A DNA stretch of 44,356 nucleotides, from positions 1 to 44,356 of IMG/VR virus record IMGVR_UViG_3300012665_001829; one strand, 5' to 3'. The notes under the pieces are model-generated. The model was not told the origin of the DNA and ran no database searches. It was given only the letters and a program-made list of their open reading frames with translations. Positions 32,610-40,363 of the stretch are shown in pieces. The stretch comes from a virus. Its lineage: Duplodnaviria; Caudoviricetes. Each line of letters opens with the position of its first letter. Position 1 is the first letter of the stretch. The position numbers were made by a program, and so were the translations under genes.

Positions 32610-32635
32610 AAATTAAAAATTGATATTTATTTGAA

Positions 32636-34819
32636 ATGGCATATATAATTAAAAATACGGCAGGGTTAATAAATACAAGATTAACCGATGTAGGAAGAAG
32701 AAAACTATCGCAAGGAAATTTCAATATATTGTATTTCCAAATTGGAGATAGCGAAGTTAATTACACAGCTGTACCAAACTATAACCAAACAAACAACAAC
32801 ATACTTATGCCAGCATTCAATGCACAGAATAATACTGGCTCACCACAATCAAACAAACAAAATATTAAATACCCTTATTATGTTACGGGAGGTAATGGAG
32901 GAACCTATGGAATTCCTTTTGATAATAGTCAAATCCAACCTATCTATAATTCTGCTGCGGTTAAAGGTTTTTTTACCGGAACAACAGGGAATTGGTTAGT
33001 ACAGAACACATCAGCATATACTATCAACTCAAACTATTGGATAGACATGGTCAATCTTGATGGTACTGATGTTATAACATTAGAATCAGATGTTTGTGAA
33101 CCTACAACAGGAACACCAAGTGTTGGAGACTTTTTAACAATATATTTGGATGGATTTGGAACATGTCAAAATGTAGAAACCGTACCTATTTTAACATATA
33201 AAATTCAAGAAGTTAGTGGATTAAATTTAACACTTGATAGACCAGTTCCTGACTATACAAGTATTGCAACTGCGGCACAATATGCAAGGGTTCATGTGTA
33301 CCCTTCAGGTATGACCGCTCTTTATGATACAGTCACACCAGCTCCTTTCTGGGAGACGGATGCTCTCAATTTTGAAGCACCTTGTGATATCACAAATAGA
33401 GAAAATACTGTTGTTTGGAATATGAACATACCTTGGTCTGAAAATCCTGCTGGATTATTTACGAATGCTTGGGAAGGATATACTAATTTTGGTTCGGTTA
33501 GTTATATAGGAACCAAAGAATATTTAGGGTATCAAGAAAATAGCGGACAAACAGATACAGGGCAAGTATTCTATTATAACTCATTCGACGAGAAAATAGT
33601 TTTGTCACCAAGTGACCAAAAAACAATTGCAATTATACATTATACAAACCAAGATATTGATTTTGTGTACGGGGAAAAGTTTTCAACCGTTCCTTTTGAC
33701 CCACAAAATCCAAATGATGATACAGGTTTAGCAAGACACCTCAAGGTTACTTTACCAACACTTATGTGGCACAAGACAACAGGTACAACTATTGGTGAGA
33801 CATTCATGATTGACCCTCCTGGATATGATTTATGTAAACCTTATTATATAAAGTCAAAGGTAAATACTGACATGAATGACCCAGGTATCAGGTATTTTCA
33901 GTTATGGGATTTGAACCCTGATGTTAATGGAAATTTAAATAGAATTGGTAAAGTATTTCCTGACCAACAAATTATAATAATAGATGATGAAGAAATCGTT
34001 GCGGCAATTTCTAACAAATCAAATAGAAACTGGACATTACCTGCACCACAATTATCATTGTTAACTCCTAATGTTTGTTTCACAAATAATTTAAATTCTG
34101 AAGGGTTAATGGACAATGATGTTGAAAGAATGTGGGTGACTTATCTTTTTGAGAATACTACAGGATTTACAAACTCATTACATTGTAATTATTATTCTGT
34201 TATACAAGGACCATCTACAGGATGTACTGATACATCTAAAAATGTTGCGGTTAGGTTCGGACCTGAGTTCCCCTTCTTGAATCCAAATTTTTCAAGTGGA
34301 GACCTAACAGGGTTTCCGGCAAACTCAATGAAACTTCTTTGTCAGAAAGTTTCCGGAGACACAAGACCAAATCCAACTTCATGGAAAGTTATTGATATTA
34401 CAAGTCAACTAAGTGCATCCACTGTTAATGGTAAATTAACCATGAACGGAATTGTAGGAACTACGTTTCAAATTGATTCTGCGTCTTACACTGCGGCAAC
34501 AACTTATAATTTATCAACTTACATAAGTTTAACGCCAAACGGAAGTCCAGAAATTATGAATTTTGGTGATGAATATTATTTCTATGGTAATTTTGAAACT
34601 GATATTAGTGCCACAATATATGAAATGAATTATCTTGTTAATTTAGGTAGAAATCAATTTACAAATACTTCAAATCCAACATGGACTTCGGGTACAACAT
34701 CATATGTTACTGAAATTGGACTTTACGATTCTGACTTAGACCTTATAGTTGTATCTAAACTACAATCACCACAAAAAAGACAGGGAATACAACAATTTGT
34801 GGTTAAGTTGGACTTTTAA
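32636..34819 (+). CDS. Putative baseplate/tail-collar structural protein
   Basis: N-terminal LTDVGRRKLSQG...GDSE and C-terminal VTEIGLYD..L...SKL..P, resembling tail-collar/baseplate proteins. Confidence 0.6.
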   Translation: MAYIIKNTAGLINTRLTDVGRRKLSQGNFNILYFQIGDSEVNYTAVPNYNQTNNNILMPAFNAQNNTGSPQSNKQNIKYPYYVTGGNGGTYGIPFDNSQIQPIYNSAAVKGFFTGTTGNWLVQNTSAYTINSNYWIDMVNLDGTDVITLESDVCEPTTGTPSVGDFLTIYLDGFGTCQNVETVPILTYKIQEVSGLNLTLDRPVPDYTSIATAAQYARVHVYPSGMTALYDTVTPAPFWETDALNFEAPCDITNRENTVVWNMNIPWSENPAGLFTNAWEGYTNFGSVSYIGTKEYLGYQENSGQTDTGQVFYYNSFDEKIVLSPSDQKTIAIIHYTNQDIDFVYGEKFSTVPFDPQNPNDDTGLARHLKVTLPTLMWHKTTGTTIGETFMIDPPGYDLCKPYYIKSKVNTDMNDPGIRYFQLWDLNPDVNGNLNRIGKVFPDQQIIIIDDEEIVAAISNKSNRNWTLPAPQLSLLTPNVCFTNNLNSEGLMDNDVERMWVTYLFENTTGFTNSLHCNYYSVIQGPSTGCTDTSKNVAVRFGPEFPFLNPNFSSGDLTGFPANSMKLLCQKVSGDTRPNPTSWKVIDITSQLSASTVNGKLTMNGIVGTTFQIDSASYTAATTYNLSTYISLTPNGSPEIMNFGDEYYFYGNFETDISATIYEMNYLVNLGRNQFTNTSNPTWTSGTTSYVTEIGLYDSDLDLIVVSKLQSPQKRQGIQQFVVKLDF

Positions 34820-34822
34820 TTT

Positions 34823-35428
34823 ATGAAGAAAAATATTTCAAAAGATTCTCCCAAAATTTTGGGGCTGGACATTTCAACAAAAACAATTGGTATTGCGTTA
34901 TTTGATATTGAAAGTAAACAACTTTTAGAACTTACGCATGTATCACCAAAACCTAAAGTGGAAGAAAGTGATAATAAGATAAAAGAACTTCTATTAAAAA
35001 GTGAAATTTTTAGAGAGAAATTAGAAACTTATGCGGGATTAGGAATACAAAATGTTATTATTGAAGAACCATTATTAAATTCAAATAATGTTTATACCGT
35101 TGGAACTTTAATGAGATTCAACACGTTAATCTGTAAAGAAGTATTTGACGTATTAGGTTTAGTACCTGAATTTATTACAACATACAATTCAAGAAAATTT
35201 GCATTTCCTCACCTTGTTGAGAAAAACGATAAGGGTAAATTCGTTCTTTTTGGAGGATTCAATAAAGATGTTGATAAAAAAGTTATTGTTTGGGAACAAG
35301 TCGCAAAAAGAGAACCACAAATAACTTGGCAATATACTAGGAACAATACTATGAAGAAAGAAAATTTTGACATGAGTGATGCTTATACTTGTGTTATGGG
35401 ATATATGAAGTCCAAAAATCTTTGGTGA
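34823..35428 (+). CDS. ruvC: RuvC-like Holliday junction resolvase
   Basis: ILGLDIST..IG, IIEEP, DMSDA acidic residues of the RNase H fold. Confidence 0.75.
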   Translation: MKKNISKDSPKILGLDISTKTIGIALFDIESKQLLELTHVSPKPKVEESDNKIKELLLKSEIFREKLETYAGLGIQNVIIEEPLLNSNNVYTVGTLMRFNTLICKEVFDVLGLVPEFITTYNSRKFAFPHLVEKNDKGKFVLFGGFNKDVDKKVIVWEQVAKREPQITWQYTRNNTMKKENFDMSDAYTCVMGYMKSKNLW

Positions 35429-35452
35429 GTTAAATAATATCTCTTATATTTG
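35421..35452 (+). promoter_or_regulatory. Bacteroidota-type -33/-7 promoter
   Basis: TTTG(35421)-N20-TATATTTG(35445), 4 nt before the ATG at 35457. Confidence 0.65.
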
Positions 35453-35456
35453 CAAT

Positions 35457-35831
35457 ATGGATTGTATAAGAGATAACGAAACCAAATCATATTTTAATTA
35501 CATTAAGAAGAAACACTCAGTGATTAAAGTCAGTGACCCTGAAAATATTGATGGTGAAGTGACTATTAAATCAATTAGAAAATACCAAACTTATCAGAAT
35601 TACTTCAGATATGAAGTTGACATTGAGTTCAAAGGATGTGTTTGGGGTAGAGGTTGGTACGAGGGTGGTGCTGGAAAACTTGAACATAGATTTTTACCCA
35701 CTTATTACAAAATCAAAGTTTATAGGCTAATTAGAAAAAAAATTATGTCAGAATTACGCACAAAACTTTCACTATTTGATATTAAAATAGATAAAGTTGA
35801 AAACATAACAAAATTAAAGTGGGTAGGATAA
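35457..35831 (+). CDS. Hypothetical basic protein
   Basis: 124-aa ORF behind a predicted promoter. Confidence 0.7.
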   Translation: MDCIRDNETKSYFNYIKKKHSVIKVSDPENIDGEVTIKSIRKYQTYQNYFRYEVDIEFKGCVWGRGWYEGGAGKLEHRFLPTYYKIKVYRLIRKKIMSELRTKLSLFDIKIDKVENITKLKWVG

Positions 35832-36748
35832 AAGTAACAGAAGAGGTTGAGGTGTTGGTTGAGCTCCTACGAGACGTATTAGGAGACGAAAAACAACACT
35901 ATGAGTCAAAGGGTCAAATATCCTTTAACTGTCCTGTATGTGCTCGTGAGAAGGGATTAGATAATGGTGATGGTAAGGGTAACCTTGAGGTTAATTATTA
36001 TATTCATGTTTATAAATGTTGGGCTTGTTCAGATACAGACGGAACTCAAGGACCTTTAGGTAAATTGTTTGACCAGTTTGGAACAAAGAAACAGAAAAAG
36101 GTTTATAACTTAATTAAACCAGAAGAACAAAAGGTTGAATTAAAAAAGGCAAATAGATTAAGGTTTCCTGAAGGTTATACAACCTTTGAGGATTCAAATG
36201 CAAGATTCATACCACATATAGAATCCATGAGATATCTTAATTCTCGTGGTATTACTGACGAGATTATTAAGAAATATAAGATTGGTTATACCGTTACTGG
36301 CGAGTTCGCTTATAGAATTATAGTTCCATCTTTTGATTCTGAAGGACAACTTAACTATTTCATTGCACGTTCATGGGTACCTAAAAAGATGAAATATAAA
36401 AACCCAACAGCAGAAAAAGATAAGATTATCTTTAACGAGAGTATTATTGATTGGGATAAAGACATTTATTTGGTTGAGGGTGTATTTGATGGATTTTTCT
36501 TGGATAATTCAATACCTATGTTGGGTAAAAAATTAAGCGCTTTATTGTTTGAAACTCTATATACCAAAGCAAAGGGAAATATTATCATATGTACTGACGG
36601 TGATGCTTGGAATGATGGGCTAAAAATATATCACGAGCTAAATGGAGGTACGTTATATAACAAAATTAAAATAATTAAACTCCCTAAGGATAAAGACGTA
36701 TGTGATTTGAGGGGACAAATAAATGAATATTATTATGAAATTAAATGA
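35819..36748 (+). CDS. DnaG-like DNA primase
   Basis: Zn finger CPVC...CWAC; YL..RGI; KYKNP; Toprim VEGVFD...DGD. Start codon uncertain. Confidence 0.85.
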   Translation: MGRIKVTEEVEVLVELLRDVLGDEKQHYESKGQISFNCPVCAREKGLDNGDGKGNLEVNYYIHVYKCWACSDTDGTQGPLGKLFDQFGTKKQKKVYNLIKPEEQKVELKKANRLRFPEGYTTFEDSNARFIPHIESMRYLNSRGITDEIIKKYKIGYTVTGEFAYRIIVPSFDSEGQLNYFIARSWVPKKMKYKNPTAEKDKIIFNESIIDWDKDIYLVEGVFDGFFLDNSIPMLGKKLSALLFETLYTKAKGNIIICTDGDAWNDGLKIYHELNGGTLYNKIKIIKLPKDKDVCDLRGQINEYYYEIK

Positions 36749-37574
36749 TGCGGTTAAAGAAATAAGAGATGTTATATCTAAAAGACAGGAAGAGTTAGGT
36801 CTTACATTTGTGGAGGAAGACCATATATATACGATGAATGGTAAAACAGATTATCCATCAGTGTCTAAAGTACTTAGTAAATTCTATAAAAAATTCCCAA
36901 CAGAGAAAGCCGCATTTAATAAAGCAGGAGGAGACCCATATAAACAACAAGAACTCATTAAAGAGTGGGAAGCTGCTGGACTTTATTCAACTAATTTAGG
37001 TAGTAGGGTTCACTATGTTCTTGAGAAGAGGGTTATTGAAATAAATGGAGACTATAAGGAAGTTAGACAACCAATATTTGAATGTGATTTAGAACAGTTG
37101 ATGAAGAGTGATAAGATGATAACTGCTGGTAGTAAATACCTAAAGTTAATGGAGGAAAGAGGTGCAGTACTATTGGATACTGAGATGGTGTTGGGTGACC
37201 CTGAACTTGGTTATACAGGACAACCCGATAAAGTATGGTTGATTCACAATAAAACAAAGTCAGATTTCGGATTAGTTATAACAGATTGGAAGACGAATAA
37301 AACAAAAAACTTTCAAGAGAATAGTTTTACTGAAAGAATGTATGAACCTTTTCAGAAGTATCCAAACACAGCACTTGGACACTATTATGTTCAGTTACCT
37401 CTATATGGTAGACTTCTAATTAAAATGTTACAGGGGTCTAAATACGAGGGTTTAAAGTTGTATGGATGTATCATATCGCATTTGAAAGATGACTCAAATT
37501 ATGATGAGTATAGGGTCCCTAAAGAAATTATTGATACTGTGATGAATATGAACATAAAAATGTATATATCGTAA
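36735..37574 (+). CDS. PD-(D/E)xK exonuclease (RecB/lambda-exo-like)
   Basis: YPSVS, GSRVH, GQPD, DWKT, YYVQLPLY. ATG at 36723 is an alternative start. Confidence 0.8.
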   Translation: MKLNDAVKEIRDVISKRQEELGLTFVEEDHIYTMNGKTDYPSVSKVLSKFYKKFPTEKAAFNKAGGDPYKQQELIKEWEAAGLYSTNLGSRVHYVLEKRVIEINGDYKEVRQPIFECDLEQLMKSDKMITAGSKYLKLMEERGAVLLDTEMVLGDPELGYTGQPDKVWLIHNKTKSDFGLVITDWKTNKTKNFQENSFTERMYEPFQKYPNTALGHYYVQLPLYGRLLIKMLQGSKYEGLKLYGCIISHLKDDSNYDEYRVPKEIIDTVMNMNIKMYIS

Positions 37575-37600
37575 TAATTATGTAAAATAATTATTCATAA

Positions 37601-37996
37601 ATGCAAGAAAAATTTGTTCCTTATCACCAACATTTATTGTTAAAATGTTGGGCAAAAAATCCACCAAAAAAAGAAGAAGTATTAAACGATTGGTTTATTA
37701 ATTTAGTTGAGAAAGTAGGTATGAAAGTGGTTGCCGGTCCAACAAGTGTTTATGTTTCTGACCCAGGAAATGAGGGTTTAACAGGTACTGTTACATTAGC
37801 AACTTCACATGCTTCCATACATATATGGGATAGTCTTGAAGTACCTATGTTACAATTCGATATCTATAGTTGTAAGTGTTTTACATTAGAACAAGTTATG
37901 GAATGTTTCAAACCTTGGGGATTGATTAAAGCCGAATGGATTATGATTGATAGGAATGATAAGCCGTTGATTATATCTGAAGGAGTTTGGGAATAG
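37601..37996 (+). CDS. speD: S-adenosylmethionine decarboxylase proenzyme (class 1B-like)
   Basis: GLTGTVTLATSHASIHIW...FDIYSC matches the SpeD/SpeH pattern LxESHxSIH(T)W..D.YxC. Confidence 0.78.
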   Translation: MQEKFVPYHQHLLLKCWAKNPPKKEEVLNDWFINLVEKVGMKVVAGPTSVYVSDPGNEGLTGTVTLATSHASIHIWDSLEVPMLQFDIYSCKCFTLEQVMECFKPWGLIKAEWIMIDRNDKPLIISEGVWE

Positions 37997-38022
37997 ATAG
38001 TTAAGTATTTTTCTTTAGGTAC

Positions 38023-38051
38023 TTGAACAATATGAAATATATTATTATATT
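38023..38051 (+). promoter_or_regulatory. Putative sigma70-like promoter
   Basis: TTGAAC-N17-TATATT upstream of the ATG at 38067. Confidence 0.35.
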
Positions 38052-38066
38052 TTTATAAAATAGTAT

Positions 38067-38300
38067 ATGGATTTACAACCGAAAATTAACATAAGAGAAT
38101 GTCCTACAATCACCTGTGAAAACTGTGATGGATATTACTTTAGAGAAGTCATTTATCTTAAACGCGTTCCAGCACTAATGACAGGTTCACCTGAAGACAC
38201 CACAGTGCCCTTTCCAATTTATAAATGTGACAATTGTGGTCATGTAAATAAAGGATTTAATCCGTTTGAAGAAGAGACAAATTCAGTTATTACCGAATAA
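38067..38300 (+). CDS. Zinc-ribbon protein
   Basis: CENC...CDNCGH. Confidence 0.75.
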   Translation: MDLQPKINIRECPTITCENCDGYYFREVIYLKRVPALMTGSPEDTTVPFPIYKCDNCGHVNKGFNPFEEETNSVITE

Positions 38301-38310
38301 ATAAAACCAC

Positions 38311-39090
38311 ATGATTAAACGAATCGTACATTTTTCAGACCTACACATTCGTTTATTTAAAGAACATGAGTTATATCGCAAGATTATGATTCAGGCTTTA
38401 AATGAATGGAGGTCATTACAACCTGACCGAATAGTATTTACGGGTGATTTAGTTCACTCCAAAAACCAAATGACACCTGAATTGGTTGAGTTTGTTGCAT
38501 GGATATTGACAGAGTGCGCGAGTATTACCAAAACCATTTTAATAATCGGGAATCATGATTTCTTGGAGAATAATAATGAGAGATTGGATGCACTATCACC
38601 AATTATAGATTCTATAAAAAACCCTAATATTATATATTTTAAAAATCGAGGAATTTATGAAGATAGTAATATTAATTGGTGTGTGTTTTCTTTGGTTGAA
38701 CATAACATACCTCCAGACATTGTTAAGAACGGACATACTAACATAGGACTTTTTCATGGACCGGTTCAAGGTCTAACAACTGATATAGGTTATAAGTTTG
38801 AAGAGGGATTTGATACAAACAAATTCAAAGGATGTGATTTAGTTCTGTGTGGTGATATACATAAGAGACAAGTTTTTGATATACCTGGAGGAAAAAAGGC
38901 TTATATGGTTGGCTCCACCATCCAACAAAACTTTGGTGAGACAATTAGGAAACATGGTTATGGTGTTTATGATGTAGAAAAAAATGAATATGATTTTGTG
39001 GACCTACCAAACCCTAAACCATTCTTATCTTTTTATATGAATTCTTTTGATGTATTAGGTGAAGGAAAAGAAAAACTTGTTAACTATTAA
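38311..39090 (+). CDS. sbcD: Mre11/SbcD-like (T4 gp47-like) metallophosphoesterase nuclease
   Basis: SDLH, GDL, GNHD, HG, GDIH motifs; GS..QQNFGE. Confidence 0.85.
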   Translation: MIKRIVHFSDLHIRLFKEHELYRKIMIQALNEWRSLQPDRIVFTGDLVHSKNQMTPELVEFVAWILTECASITKTILIIGNHDFLENNNERLDALSPIIDSIKNPNIIYFKNRGIYEDSNINWCVFSLVEHNIPPDIVKNGHTNIGLFHGPVQGLTTDIGYKFEEGFDTNKFKGCDLVLCGDIHKRQVFDIPGGKKAYMVGSTIQQNFGETIRKHGYGVYDVEKNEYDFVDLPNPKPFLSFYMNSFDVLGEGKEKLVNY

Positions 39091-39092
39091 TC

Positions 39093-39752
39093 ATGGATGT
39101 TAATCTTTCTTTATCCAATACTGAATACAAAGAGTTAACCAACTATTGTAACCTTAATGACTTATTGATAAGTTCAGTTGTCAAGAAATCCTTTACAACT
39201 GGATTTAACATTGATAGGTATGGTTTGTTAGGTCAATCTAAAAAAGAGGTTGAGGTAATAAAGGAAGTTAAGGTTATAGAATATGTTGACAGAGAGGTGA
39301 TTAAAGAGATAATTGTTGAAGTTCCTGTCGAAAAAATAGTAAACATTTACGACAATTCTCAGACGGATGAGTTGGCCGGAAAAACCGAACAACTGAAAAA
39401 AGAAAATGAATTTTTTTCCACTAAAGTAGAAGAATTGAACAGTCAATTAGAAATTTTTTCCACTAAAACGACTGAAATGGAAAATATTTTCCAAAATGAA
39501 AAAAATGAACTGTTATTAAAAATACAACAGTTGGAAGAAAGGAAACCGGAAATCATTGAAAAAGTGGTTGGTGATGAAACAAAACAAAGAATGTTGGAAC
39601 AAACACTACAAATTTTGAGAACGGAAAACTTTAGTAAAGATAAAAAGATTAAGGAACTAGAAGATATTGTCTCTGATTGTAGAAAATACGAACAAAAAAT
39701 AGGGGCGGTTTATCTTAGAGGAACTAATTTAGATGAAACATTATTTAAATAA
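39093..39752 (+). CDS. Coiled-coil protein with Val/Glu/Lys-rich repeat
   Basis: EVIKEVKVIEYVDREVIKEIIVEVPVEKIV followed by heptad-rich sequence. Confidence 0.7.
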   Translation: MDVNLSLSNTEYKELTNYCNLNDLLISSVVKKSFTTGFNIDRYGLLGQSKKEVEVIKEVKVIEYVDREVIKEIIVEVPVEKIVNIYDNSQTDELAGKTEQLKKENEFFSTKVEELNSQLEIFSTKTTEMENIFQNEKNELLLKIQQLEERKPEIIEKVVGDETKQRMLEQTLQILRTENFSKDKKIKELEDIVSDCRKYEQKIGAVYLRGTNLDETLFK

Positions 39753-39758
39753 AAAATT

Positions 39759-40112
39759 ATGACACAATTATTTTTATGGGTATTGTTAGCTTATGGAATG
39801 AGCAACATACTGGTTTATGGTAGTATTTTTAGTGGGCCAAGAAATACTATTAATAAATGGGCGGCAAATGAATCCGTATTTTTTAATGGATTTTGGGTAT
39901 TTCTTTCCGATATGTTAAAATGCATGATGTGCGCACCAACATGGGTTGGATTTTTCTTCGGAATTTTCTTATATTCACCTGTACATGAAATACTTGGAGT
40001 TAATAAATACGCATCTTGGTTTTTTGATGGTATGTTAGCTTCAGGGGGAACATGGGCAATAAATTCAATAATCGAGTGGTTCGAACAAAATAGACCACAA
40101 CAAAATCATTAA
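39759..40112 (+). CDS. Small membrane protein, DUF1360-like
   Basis: Several hydrophobic helices and a CMMC...WVG motif. Confidence 0.6.
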   Translation: MTQLFLWVLLAYGMSNILVYGSIFSGPRNTINKWAANESVFFNGFWVFLSDMLKCMMCAPTWVGFFFGIFLYSPVHEILGVNKYASWFFDGMLASGGTWAINSIIEWFEQNRPQQNH

Positions 40113-40114
40113 TT

Positions 40115-40363
40115 ATGGCAAAATCAAAAGTTAGGGGCGGAAAAAAAGCCCACAAAGCAAAAGTTGATGCAAGAAATCAAAAGTTAAAATCGGCACAATC
40201 TGCAATGCAAAAACTATTAAAAGAAGCAATGCAAAAAGAGATAGAAGCTCTGAAGGATAATAATGAAGGAGAAACCGCACATGATACCGCACATGATACC
40301 GCACATGATACCGCACATGATACCGCACATGATACCGATTCAACAGAAAACACAAAACAGTAA
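40115..40363 (+). CDS. Small protein with basic N-terminus and (TAHD)5 tail
   Basis: 82 aa; TAATG-coupled to the Rad50 gene. Confidence 0.75.
   Translation: MAKSKVRGGKKAHKAKVDARNQKLKSAQSAMQKLLKEAMQKEIEALKDNNEGETAHDTAHDTAHDTAHDTAHDTDSTENTKQ
40274..40337 (+). repeat. Perfect 12-bp tandem repeat ACCGCACATGAT x5.3
   Basis: Directly visible; in frame within the 82-aa ORF. Confidence 0.97.

Noticed and set aside
36735-37574. Cas4 assignment
   Set aside because: Lacks the four-Cys Fe-S pattern and has no cas or CRISPR context; a generic exonuclease is more likely.
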